A stretch of 64,000 nucleotides of DNA, from NCBI GenBank assembly GCA_964016885.1, contig OZ024742.1, forward strand, positions 221,092,001 through 221,156,000, given 5' to 3'. Positions 26,401 to 39,229 of this stretch are shown piece by piece; the first letter of the stretch is position 1, and every line of letters begins with the position of its first letter. Source of the DNA: Eledone cirrhosa (lineage: Eukaryota). The position numbers and the translations under genes are program-made. The notes beneath the pieces are model-generated. The model saw nothing but the letters and a program-made list of their open reading frames with translations, ran no database searches and was not told the origin of the DNA.

Positions 26401-29400
26401 ACTGTCTCGTCCCATTTCTCTTTACAACATTCATCATTGACTATAAACCTCTCACTCAGTAATTTTCAACCTTCCTCAACACATGACCCAGGCATCTCAT
26501 TCCAACATTCATCACTGGCTCTCACCCAGTCCCACTTATCCTTCCTCAACATATGACCTAGCCATCTCATTCCATTTCTCTTCACAATATTCATCACTGG
26601 CTCTAGTCCTCTGCAATTTGTTGTCTTTTGCTTCATCTTTCTCAGTGATATTCCACTCATCCCCTAAACCATTCTTATTGCCATTCTTCCAAGCCTTCTT
26701 TGCCTTTCCACAATTATCCCCCAACTCCCTATCACTTTCTTCCCATCCCAACCAAGGATACAAGAGCCCTAGTGTTGAAATGTGATAGTACTGATTCCAC
26801 AATAAAAGTCAAGTGGTTTTGCTTCAGAATCATGAGATCTCGGGTTCAATCCCATTGTATATGATAAAATAAACACATACACATGCACACAAACAAAAAC
26901 ACATGTGCGCATATACACGCACACATACACATATATTGACTAACTTTTCAAAACATACATCCTACAGTTGATATACTAAAAAACATAATGGTGAGGAAGA
27001 TATCAAATTTACCCTTTCAATGCCTAAGTGATCCAGTAACAAAAATGTTGAGTGAACCATATCTTCCACACTAACCAAAGGAAATGTGGTGCCATAAGCC
27101 TGAAATTGAAATTAATTTACATTCTTTTATTATAATTATTATTTAAAAAATTGTTTAAATGAATAAAAAGAAACAATAATTATTATTGTTTTAGGGCGAT
27201 GGGTTGGCAATATTGGTAGAGTGTCGAACAGCCTGCTTTGTGGCATAGAGTTACGACCCTTACAGGGTCGATAAAATAAAGTACCAGCTACACACTGAGG
27301 TCGATATAATTGACTTTCCCCTCCCCCAAAATTGTTGGCCTTGTGCATAAATCAGAAACCATTATTAATAATGATAATAATGGATTCAGATTTAGGCACA
27401 AGGCCAACAATTTTGGGGGAGGGGAAAGTCAATTATATTGACCCCAGTGCATAACAAATTTTGATTAGAAACAGTTCACCAATAGAGAAGGCAGAATTAG
27501 GCTTTCAGGTAATTCCAGGGAGAACCCTATACAAAACCTTGAATTACTGTCACCTTACAGGTATTGAAAACATTTACCCATTCAGCCTCATCAATTGCGC
27601 TGCTCTCATTCATCTTTCATAAAACACCCTAGAAAAACAATACCTCCCTTTTCAAGCAGTATTTGAAAAAAATTGATGAGGTCTTAATTAGAGAGGCAGA
27701 CACCTATCATCAAGCCTTTTAGATGTGTCCCCTATACACTTCCTTTGACATAGCTACCAGGCAGGGGAAGACTGGCTGCTCCACGTCCCTTTGGAAAGAA
27801 GGTGGCAAATCAACTTTTATTCTAGACACGACTGACAGCCAGATCTGTCCTATTTATGATAGCAGTTGTTCAATACAAGCCCACAAGTTTACAATGCACG
27901 GAAACTGGGCAATTACATGGAAGACAAATTCATTATCCTCAGTGCATTGTAGGTAGGTTCGTCTGTTCGACATTGTGCCTTTAAAGCTTGCCATGAACTG
28001 GCAGTCCCTCTCTGTAGCACTACCATACGGAATTGTCTGTAACCCTCAACTTGAAAGTCCTCTACACAGACTGCCTTCCTCAACATCCAGAGTCACTTCC
28101 AAGACATTATTGCTCATACCATCCTCTATAGAAAGCAAGCATTGTTTTCTGGACTTCTATCACGTAGTCCAGCTGATAAAGTGCTGTGTGTCTGACAGCA
28201 TGTATGACTCATTTCTTTATTTCTTTCCACACACATACGCATATATACATACACACATACATATACATACACACACATATACACACACACCACACACACA
28301 TATATATATACATAAATACATACATACACATATATCATCATAATTATCATCATCATTTTTATGTCTGCTTTTCCATATTTGCATGGGTTGGACATATATA
28401 TGTATATATATGTGGAAAGAAATGAGGACATTAAACAATGATGATCTTGATTATATATATATATATCATCATCATTTTACGTCCGCTTTTCCCTGCTTGC
28501 AAGGGTGGGTCGTCTTATTCAGCACAGCATCTCTCCACTTGTCACGGTCCTTCGTCATCTCCACCGTGAGCTTCAGCGATCTGAGGTCTGTTCTCATCAC
28601 CGCCACCCATGTTTTTCGTGGTCTACCTCTACCACGTCTTCCTTCAACTGGCACTTCTTCACCCATCGGTCATCCTCCATACGCATCACATGTCCATACC
28701 ACCGCAGTCTCCTCTCTCGCACACTACATTCTATCCCTCTCAGACACAGTTTCTCTCTCAACACATCCATGCTGGGTCATTCACACACATTGGCATTGCA
28801 CATCCAACGGAGCATGCTTGCCTCATGCATATCCTCCAGCCGTCGCATATCCTCGGCAGTTGCTGCCCATGTCTCACTACCATGCAGCATCGCGCTCCTC
28901 ACACAGGCATCATATAACCGGCCTTTCGTATGCAGTGAGACACCCGTCTTCGTCAGCAGAGGAAGCAGCTCCCTAAACTTCTTCCAAGCCGTTCTTATTC
29001 TAGATACTATGACCTCGGAACACCTCCCTTCCATGCTAATCTGATCTCCTAGGTACCGGAAGCTATCAACCACTTCTATAGCACCCGCCTGCATTTGAAA
29101 AATGTGTCTATCAATGCGACTTCTACTGTCTAATTTCCCTGTACATCTACTGCATACATATTTCTCCCTACCTTTTAGTTTGCCTGCTATCCCACCCCAT
29201 CTCTTGTGTACCCAGGATCTGCATTGTGTGCATTTTATAGAATTTATGCCAGTTCCTTTTCTGCATATAGAACATGGCCATTTCCCTGACAGAATCAGAG
29301 TTTTGTCCTCTTTTCTACTCATCAACACTTTTGTCTTAGCTAGGTTCACTCTCAGTCCTCTTGCTTCCAACTGCTGTTTCCATAGCCTGAATTTATTCTC

Positions 29401-32400
29401 TAGCTCCTCTACTGATTCTGCTATAAGAACCTGATTGTCAGCATAGAGAAGTTCCCATTGACAGCCAGTCTTAAACTCCTCTGTTATGGCTTGGAGGACT
29501 ATAATGAACAAGAGCTGGGTGAGGACCAAACCTTGATGTACTCCTACTTGTATCTGGAATTCCTCACTAAACTCCATTCCTACCCTGACTTTACTGACAG
29601 CACCTCTGTACAAAGTTTGCACTGTCCTCACAAGCTATTCCTCAACACCTAGTTTCCTTAGGGACCACCAGACGACAGATCTGGGTACTCTATAAAAGGA
29701 CTTCTCTAGGTCAACAAAAGCTAAGTATAGTGGCTTATTCTTCTCTAAGAACTTCTCTTGTAATTGTCTCACCAAGAAGAGGGCATCTGTTGTACGTTTC
29801 CCAGGCACAAAACCAAACTGCATCTCATCTAGTTTGACCCTTTCTCTAATTAGTTGCGTTAATATCCTTTCTGCCACTTTCATAACCTGATCCATCAGTT
29901 TTATGCCCCTATAATTGCTCCTCTCCAGAGCATCCCCTTTACCTTTGTAGCAATTTATGAGAATACTGCTGCACCAGTCTTTGGGTATGACATTGCCATA
30001 TATAGCCTGATTGATGATGCGTGCAACCAGTTTAGTGCCTACATCCACTGAGGCCTTCAGCATCTCAGCAACTATCCCCGACGGTCCAGCGGCCTTACCA
30101 TTTTTCATTTCCTTAATCGCCTCTTGGACCCTATATTCGTCAATCTCAATAGCTGGTCCCTCTGTCGGATCTACTGAGGGTAATTTCTCTCTCTCCCATT
30201 CGTTCTCCACATTCATCAGTCTCTCATAATGACATTTCCAGGCCTCCTTTTTCTGATCATTCGTGACACTAAGTACACCAACATAATTCCGGACACATTT
30301 ATCTCCAACAGCATCCTGATTTGCATTGACACACTGCCTTGCAATGTGGAACACCGCACGCCTCTGATCTTCCCGTCGCAGAACATTGACAAACCTCCTA
30401 CTCTCGGCCTCCCTGCGTGCTAAGTACACTTGAGATCTAGCTTCTCTCTTAGCAGCTGTATATCCTTCTCTACTCCCACCCTTTTTCCAAGCCTTCCGTG
30501 CTAGTCTTTTGTCTCTAATGGGCCTATCTACCGTGCTGTTCCACTACCAGGTCACTCTCTGTCTGGTTGGAGCTCTGCTCCAGCCACAAGTTTCATCAGT
30601 AGCCTGCAGTAAGTTGTCACGTAAGAAATTCCAGTTATCATCTATGTCATATGACTCTAAATCGTCTTCTTTTTCGTCATACACATCTTGAAGGGGTTTC
30701 CTAAATTTGTATTTTAGTGAAAGGTCTTTTAGCTTCCAGACCTTTCTTCTCCACACCTTCCTGTATGTCTCATTCCGTCTCTTGCTTACTGAGATATCAC
30801 TAACAACTAACCTATGCTGTGGAGTACATTCTACCCCAGGGTATGCCTTGGTATTTGACACCATCTGCCTGTTCCGCTGAAGTTAATCTGGCTTATGTGC
30901 TTGCCTGATTTGTAGGTTGGCAGGTTTCTGGTAGTAAGTGTTGCAAATGGTCAGTGTACTTGCATCACAAAATTCAAGAAGTCTCACTCCTTCATTTCTT
31001 GAGCCGTAACCGTGCCCATCATGTACCCCAGTGTAACCATCCTGGAGCTGTCCAACATGACCATTGAAGTGCCCTGCTAGCATAACGATGTCTCCGTCCT
31101 GTCATTGCAGCTGTTTGTAAAAGTTGCTTGTAAAAGCAGTCTTTCTCATCTTTGCCTAGGCCTGCTTGGGGAGCATAGGCAGAGATGATTGTCAGTAGTC
31201 TCCTGCCTACAACTAATCTAAGCTTAATTATTCGATTATTAACTCAAACTACCTCTATTGTCTTATTGATCCATCTCTCAGCCAGGAAAATGCCTACTCC
31301 CCCTAACCCATCATCCTTACTTACCCTGAAAAGCTTATAACTAAGATTTTTTCCTGTGATTAGTCTTGCAGAGGCACCTCTCCATCTCACCTCTTCTACG
31401 CAGCACACATCTACATGCCTTCTCTCCAGCATCTCTGCTATTTCACCAGATCTACCTGCGAGAGTGCCAATATTAAGTGTTGCAACTCTGAGATGCGACG
31501 TCTTCAAATTTTTGTTGTTCCTGTTCCTGTAGTGTGATTGCTTGTAGACGGTCAGGGGGTTCCCGCACATGGCCGTACCAGCCACCCCACTACTGTGCGC
31601 AGCCCTAACATGGTTAGTGCTATTGCTGTTTACGCAGTTATTGAGATATATATTTGTTGCTGTGCTCATAATTGTTTTGGCATTGATACACTGGTTGGAT
31701 GCGCTTCCTAACACCAGTGCCACTTTACAGCATGGACTGGGTGTTTTTATTCATGCCACCAGCACTAGAGAGGATGTCTTACTGGACTCATGGGCCCTTT
31801 CTACCCCTCCATTTTACAACATGGTCATAACAATAATAACAATAACAATAACACAATTAATAGTTATTAATTAATGCAAACGTGCAATGCCTGTGCGTGA
31901 AGAATATTTTTAAAGTGAGGAAAGACTGTGCACTGAGCCAATCCCACTCTCTGAGTGACAGCAGTTATAACCCGAAAAGGAGAAAAGATCAACGTCATCG
32001 ATAACTACTGGGCCGCAGGTTTCATATCGGAGTTAACCCAGTTTCCTGAGTTGCCTTCTCTTAGAAGAATGCTCTGACAAGGGCTAGGGGTCCTTCACTC
32101 CCAGTGGTCTAACTGCGCGATCGGGTATCCAGCCCGATCATTTCTATGTCCCCGTGCAATATATATATATATATCTATATATATATATATATATACATAT
32201 ATATATAGCCACATTGCTTGCACGCACACACAGACACAAATATATTAGAATTTTACAAGTAAAGTTATAGGACAGATTTTATAAGCAAGGTGGTTGAATA
32301 TCATCCATAACCTCAACTGGTCTCACTTGGGGATCCAGCTGGATCATTTGATGACAGTTGCTTCTGATAGGATCTTCTGGAATGCATGTCTGAGGACTCT

Positions 32401-35400
32401 GCACTCATAACCCTCAAAGGGATAAGTGGGTAAAGAAGAAGATTATAAGGTTATAGGAGGACATAATATTTCTCCAAACTCACCTTTCCAGTATTCGGGT
32501 TCAATGAACTAGGTCCACTGAAATACAAAGAATTTGCAAGAATTGGGTACATAAAATGAAACTAGAAGGATAGAGAAAGGATTTAACATTTTAATGAATA
32601 TAAAAATATTCTACAGAAAACAAACTATTTTTATAAGATATTTGAAAATTTTGCCATCGAGTTATTTTTAAATATGAGAAGAAAATCTCTTTGCAAGAAG
32701 TTTGTGTCAAAGATTATTATTAAAATTACCACTACTACAGCTTGGTCACTGTATCAAAATGTATTTTCTCTGTATATATTTGCACATGTGTGGAAAACCC
32801 CAACTACTTTACAGAGGGTACTATGTGTAGTTTTTTGTGGCATTAGCACTAGACTGAAGAGTTCTCTCTACTCATTTCTGGCATAGTTTCTATGGCTGGA
32901 TGCCTTTCTTAAAGCCTGCCACTTTGAACTGGGGGCAGTTTGTAATGGCACCAGCACTACAGATGTTGTCAAGTTCTTCCTACCCTATGTTGTTATCGTT
33001 CAAATTCCAATCACTTTACAGAGTGTACTGAGAGCAGTTTATTGTGGTACCAGCACTAGAGAGGTTGCCTTGATCCAAGGCAAACATGATCGCTAATGAG
33101 AATAGAAGTAGTGATGGTTAAGGGCAACAGAGTGTAGTGGGGGAGACGGAGTGATGTGACGGTATGGAACGTAAGAAGTGGAGGTTATATCATCCTAAAA
33201 AAAGAAGAGCATATTTGATAATATAGTCCTAGATACACTAGGTCTGAAACAAAATAAAGACATAAAAGTAATGTCTGGAACACCCCTGTCATGAGGTTAG
33301 CTTCATGACTGATAATCTGGGACTAAAAATAATCTTACCCTTATGCAGCTATCCATTAGTCTAGAGGAATCTTTAACCCTTCCATTACAATATTTTTTAT
33401 AAAAGACACTGCCTATAAATTTCAAATAATTTAAAAAAATAACTACCTTTCTCATTATTATGACTGGAGATAATAGAATAAGGGTTCTTACATAAAATTA
33501 TGATGGAAGGTTTCTAGATAAAATGTTAACACTTTAAAACAAACAGTTTTTTATTATAAAACCCGGGATGGTTTTGTGGGTATGGTGCGGCGTGCGGTGG
33601 CCGGGGGCGGGGGGGGGGAGTGCTCGACCGGAAGGGGTTTTTGAGTGCTCGACCGGAGGGGGTCTTTGACCGGAAGGATGCTCGACCGGAAGGGCCAGGA
33701 GAGGGCCTCTCTCTAGTGGTGACCAGCATACGGTGAGGACGCGTTTTGGGCAGCTCCCGGTGTTAAGCAGTCGGACGCACGTGGAAGAGGAGTACCTGCA
33801 GTGGAATTTAGTGGCACCTGTGAAAAGCGGTAAGTGAGATAGCTTTTTCTAACCACAAGCTATTTCGGCGACTGAAAAAAAAAAAAAAAAAAAAAAAGAA
33901 AACACTTGCCGCAAAACAAATCAGAAGATGGCGACAAGACTACGGATGAACGAAGCTATCAGGCCATTCACCGGGGAAGGTGATGTTGTCGCTTGGCTGC
34001 GGAAGGTTCGGCTGGTCGCGGGCTTGCAGAAGATAGAAGACGTGGCCGGTCTCATTGCATTGTACCTCGAGGGCGACGCGTTGGTACTCTTCCTTGAGTT
34101 GGACGAGCACAGCCAAAGAGATGTGCAGAAGATTGAGAGACGTCTGATGGATGCATTCGCCGAGGGACCGTTGGCGGCTTTTGCTAAGCTGGCGAGAATC
34201 AGGTGGAATGGTGGGCGCGTCGACATTTTCGCAGCGGAAATAAGGCGGTTGGCTATGTTGGCGGGTTACCAGGCGGAATGCGAACGCACGGTGCGGTTGG
34301 CATTCATCAATGGATTTCCGGACGACATAGCGGTGAAACTGCAGCAAGTCCCGGGGTACAAGAAGATGGAAATGCGTTCACTGGTGGAACAAGCCCGGAT
34401 CATAGCGGAAGATGCCAAAAAGAGTGTCGCGGCGATAGCGACTACGGAGGCTCAGGACACCTGGCAGCGAAATGGTCAAAGGGAGGCAACCTCGGCACGC
34501 GGCCGTTCGCGAGAATTTAAGGGCCGCTGTTTTAGGTGTCAGGGCCCGCATATGGCTAGAGACTGTAGAGAGTCGAAGCCGGATATAATTTGCTACCGGT
34601 GTAAGCGACCAGGCCACATCGCTACTAACTGCGACCAGGGAAATGGTCCAAGGGGAACTACCGCGCCGGTAGTTGCCCCTTACGAGTAGCGGCGCTGCCT
34701 GTGGTGGAAGTCTTTGTGAGGGGGAAGCCACAGCGAGCCCTCGTGGATACGGGCTGTACGACGACACTGATGACCGCGGGGGTGGCGCAGAGGTGGAGAG
34801 GGAAGAGCAGCGTAAGGGCAGTCGACGGCAGGAAAATTGAATGCCGAGGTCGCAGCGAGATGGAAATAGCGGTACGGGGAAGGACGATAAGGCTTTCCGC
34901 CATCGTGGTAGACAGTGTGGTGGATGGGATCGGCGTGGTTATGGGCATGGACGCGATTGGCCGTCTAGGGGGCATCACGGTGAACAATGTCGGTGTGTCG
35001 TTTGGCGCCGCTGCATCGGTATGCGCTGTGAGTGCACGTCATGAGAACCAGAAGGCCCACGAGGAGCAATACCCCGCTTACACTGTACAGGACAAGGACT
35101 TCAAGGCCGTGTTAGATGGGCAGCGATGGGTTGTTGAGAGGTACTGGAAGGGAGAACCACCAACACTGAAGACCAAAGTGGGCTGCTATCAACACACATT
35201 GAAGGGAAACGCTAGGGGCGAGTTCGAGCGAGAAGTAGAGAGATGGATCGAAGAGGGCATACTGCTTCCCTGGAAGGAGGAGGTGAAGTGCGGAGTATTG
35301 CCGTTGATGGCGGTGGTGCAACCCACGAAGAGCAAGGTGAGGCCGGTGCTGGACTATCGAGAGCTGAACGAGCATGTGTCATGCCACACGGGTGGCGAGG

Positions 35401-38400
35401 TCACGGATGTCTGTGGGGAAACCCTGCGTGAGTGGAGACGCATGACGGGGGGTTCAGCGATCGTGGATCTAAAGTCGGCTTACTTGCAGTTGCATATAGA
35501 AGAGAAGCTCTGGCGGTATCAGCTGGTCAGGTATAAGGGCCGGACATATTGCCTGACCAGGCTCGGTTTCGGGCTGAGCTCCGCACCGAAGATCATGGTG
35601 GCGGTCCTCAAGACCGCTCTGGGGAGGGCCGACAAGATAAAGAGGGCTACTAACTCCTACATTGACGACATCCTAGTGGACGAGTCGGTGGTGTCGACGG
35701 CGGAGGTCACGAGCCATTTGCGGAGTTATGGACTGACTGCGAAGCCATCAGAAGCATTGGAGGGAGGAGCCGCGCTGGGACTTAGGCTACGGCGAGATAA
35801 GACGGGCGTTTTGGTGTTCCAGAGGGGAAACGAAGTTTCGGAACTGGGCCCAAGTATGAATAGGCGGGAGCTTTTCTCGGTGTGTGGAAAGCTGGTGGGT
35901 CACTACCCGATCGCTGGGTGGCTCCGGACGGCATGCAGCTATGTCAAGAGACGAGCGGGAGGGGTGACTTGGAGTGACAGAGTGGGAGAGAGAACGGTGG
36001 CCATGATGCAGGAGATCGTGGGGAAGGTGAAGGCCGACGACCCAGTGCGGGGACGCTGGTACGTTCCCAAATCACGGAGCGGGACCGTATGGTGCGATGC
36101 CAGCAGCATAGCGCTGGGTGTCACGTTGGAGATAGGAGGTGTTGAGGTCGAGGATGCAGCCTGGCTTAGAAAGAAGGACGACTGCAGCCACATCAATGTG
36201 ACCGAGCTGGATGCGGTGTTGAGAGGGGTGAACCTCGCCCTGCGGTGGGGGCTGCGCACCATCGAGATACGCACCGACTCGGCTACCGTACTCGGATGGG
36301 TAAGATCAGTGCTCACTAGTGAGAAGAGAGTGCGAACGAGAGGCGCGGCGGAGATGCTGATAAAGCGCCGCCTGGGAACGTTAGGAGAGCTGGCCACCGA
36401 GTTCGACCTGAAGCTGAGCGTAGTGTTCGTGCCTTCAGAGAAAAATAGGGCGGACATCTTAACTAGAGTGAAGAAAGCCTGGATGGAAGCGCCGGAGGAG
36501 GTAGAGGATGAGATAGCTGCCGTGTGTCGGCTGACCGAGTTAGACCTGAAGGGGTTGCATGACATGCACCACATGGGGGTGGATAGGAGCCTGTTCCTAG
36601 TCAGGAGAATCGACTCGGACGTTAGCAGACACAGTGTTCGGGGGGTCGTTAGAGGCTGCGTCCGATGTCAGTTCATTGATCCCGCCCCGGGTGTACACGA
36701 AACGGGAAGCCTCCCGGTGGATCGCGACTGGAAGCGATTAGCGGTGGATGTGACGCACTACCGGCAGGGAACGTACCTCTCGATGGTCGACTGTGGACCA
36801 GGTCGAGTGGCGATATGGAGGGAGATGAAGACTGGAACGGCCGAGGAAATCGTGCGGACGTTGAGAGAGGTGTTCTTGGAGCGGGGCCCTGTGGATGAAC
36901 TGCTGATGGACAACAGCGCAGCGTTCCGCTTGGAGGCACTGAGGGGGATGCTCAAGGGATGGAAGGTGGACCGTTTCTTCAGAGCGGCGCACAGGCCGAG
37001 CGGGAATGGAATCATGGAGCGACACCACCGGACGATCAAGGCAATGGCGGAGCGGGGCCATATCTCACCAATGGAGGCAGTGTTCTGGTACAATATGTCC
37101 CCTCGGGTTGGACAGGTCGAGGAATCGGTGCCACACAGAGCAGTATTCAAATACGAGTGGCGGCACCCGTGCACGCCACCACAACGGCCAGTGGGGAGAG
37201 AGAGTGCATTTGTGCAGGTGGGCGAAGAAGTCTGGGTTAAGCCCCCAGATGCACGGTGCACATCTCAATGGGGAAGGGGAACGGTGACGGCCGTAAATTC
37301 AAAGAACAATGTGTCCGTGGACGGGGTACCACGTCATGTCCTGGATGTAAGAAGAATCACTGTATCGACGGACTCCGAGGAAGAGGAAACCCAAGATGAG
37401 GTGGAAACCCAGAGCCCTGCCCCAATACTACGAAGATCGCAACGAAGTCGTAGACCACCGACCTGGACGGCAGACTTTCATATGCAGAGGGACGAGGGGG
37501 AAATTGATCCTTGAGATCAGGGGGGCGTGTGGGTATGGTGTGGCGTGCGGTGGCCGGGGGAGGGGGGGGGAGTGCTCGACCGGAAGGGGTCTTTGACCGG
37601 AAGGATGCTCGACCAGAAGGGCCAGGAGAGGGCCTCTCTCTAGTGGTGACCAGCATACGGTGAGGACGCGTTTTGGGCAGCTCCCGGTGTTAAGCAGTCG
37701 GACGCACGTGGAAGAGGAGTACCTGCAGTGGAATTTAGCGGCGCCTGTGAAAAGCGGTAAGTGAGATAGCTTTTTCTAACCACAGGTTTTTCAAGTAGTT
37801 TGGTATTGAAATGGTTAACAATATTATAGAAATTTTTCGACTATCACTGCCTCTCCCTCTTATTATCAAACTAACTAAATAACAAACAAGCAACAAATTC
37901 AAACTATAGAAAACAGAAAGCTTGCCAAACAGATGGGTGGGAGGACCAGGGCCTCTAAGAGAAATTTTGCAAGGCGGACAAGATTCCTTTGGGACCCGAA
38001 ACGAGCAAAGATTTTTCTCAAAATGGATGTTGCATGGATAGTGGGGCCTTCTTAGCTCTTGGGCTCCAGAACAAAGAACCAGCTGGATCCCCTTCTCATA
38101 GGCACTTGGGAGGACTCCTCAGTCATGTTATGGACATGACAGCCTCCCTTGTGTTGGTGATCTACACGATAAACACATCCAGTACATGCTGTAAAGTGGT
38201 AGGAAAGGCATCCAACTGTAGAAAGCTTGCCAAACAAAGGGTTGGGAGGACCTTCAGGATTCGGTAGAATATGAGACTGTACATAAGCGAAATGACAGAT
38301 ACTTGGCTTGTCTGGGAGATCAGTAGACCCCACTTCAGTATTGACTTGGTCTATGTAGACCTGTCCAACCCTTGCTAGCAGGGAAAGTGAACATTAAAAT

Positions 38401-39159
38401 GATGAAAAGCTAATAAGTTGTTTTTAGTATAAATTACCTTGATCCATAGCAACCACCAATATTATTTGTACATATGACAAAATATTTGTTGGTATCAACA
38501 GAACGTCCTGGGCCGACAAATCTTTCCCACCAACCAGGTTCTGAGTTGTTCTACAACAGAAACATAAATTTTTTTTAAAAACTTGTTTTAATATTGATTA
38601 GAGATAGGTGGAGGGGTGCTTTTTATTATAATTATTACCAGGTGCCAGGGGTCTTTATGCCTGAGCTGGGCAGTAGGTGAGCTCCTGCTGGCCTACAAAA
38701 TGGCTCAAATATATATTGTTTATCAGCTCCGCCAGCCAAACTCCCTCCCATGCATCCCCATCATGGTACTGGCTCCACCAAATTGAGTTGGATGTGAAAG
38801 CAAGAACTCGGCGTTATAACTGATGTAATGCTTGGATTGCACTATTTTTGCGGCTGGCCACTGCTTGTGAAACCAATCACTTGAAGAAATTCCATTGAAA
38901 TGAACTTACACTGTAAATTCCTTCAATGGAGCTGGCGCAACCCCCTTCCCCAGGTGAATGCCACTACAAATACAAGTAATTAATAATCTTTTATTGGTAT
39001 TATATATTATTTTTGTGAAAGCGTGAAGCCTAATAGTTAGAGTGTTTGGAACAAACTACCTGGATTAGTTGTTAGCTGTCAGGACACTGCATTCTTCAAA
39101 ATGTCCATGCTACCTCAAATTTGCCAACACTACACCTGACATTCGCCCTCCATACACAT

Positions 39160-39229
<70 letters not shown>

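Larger units (their letters stand above)
33575..37784 (+). mobile_element. Full-length Ty3/Gypsy LTR retrotransposon, antisense in cys2-like intron 3
   Basis: TG...CA LTRs at 33575-33857 and 37528-37784; TSD GGTTT at 33570-33574 and 37785-37789; purine-rich tract 37513-37527; order gag-PR-RT-RH-IN. Confidence 0.96.

Noticed and set aside
31870-32160. HDV-like ribozyme at a putative RTE 5' end (minus strand)
   Set aside because: Could not assemble P1, P3 and P1.1 consistently by eye.
33921-37656. Many antisense and alternative-frame ORFs over the Gypsy and RTE elements
   Set aside because: Shadow ORFs of GC-rich coding sequence with no recognisable motifs.
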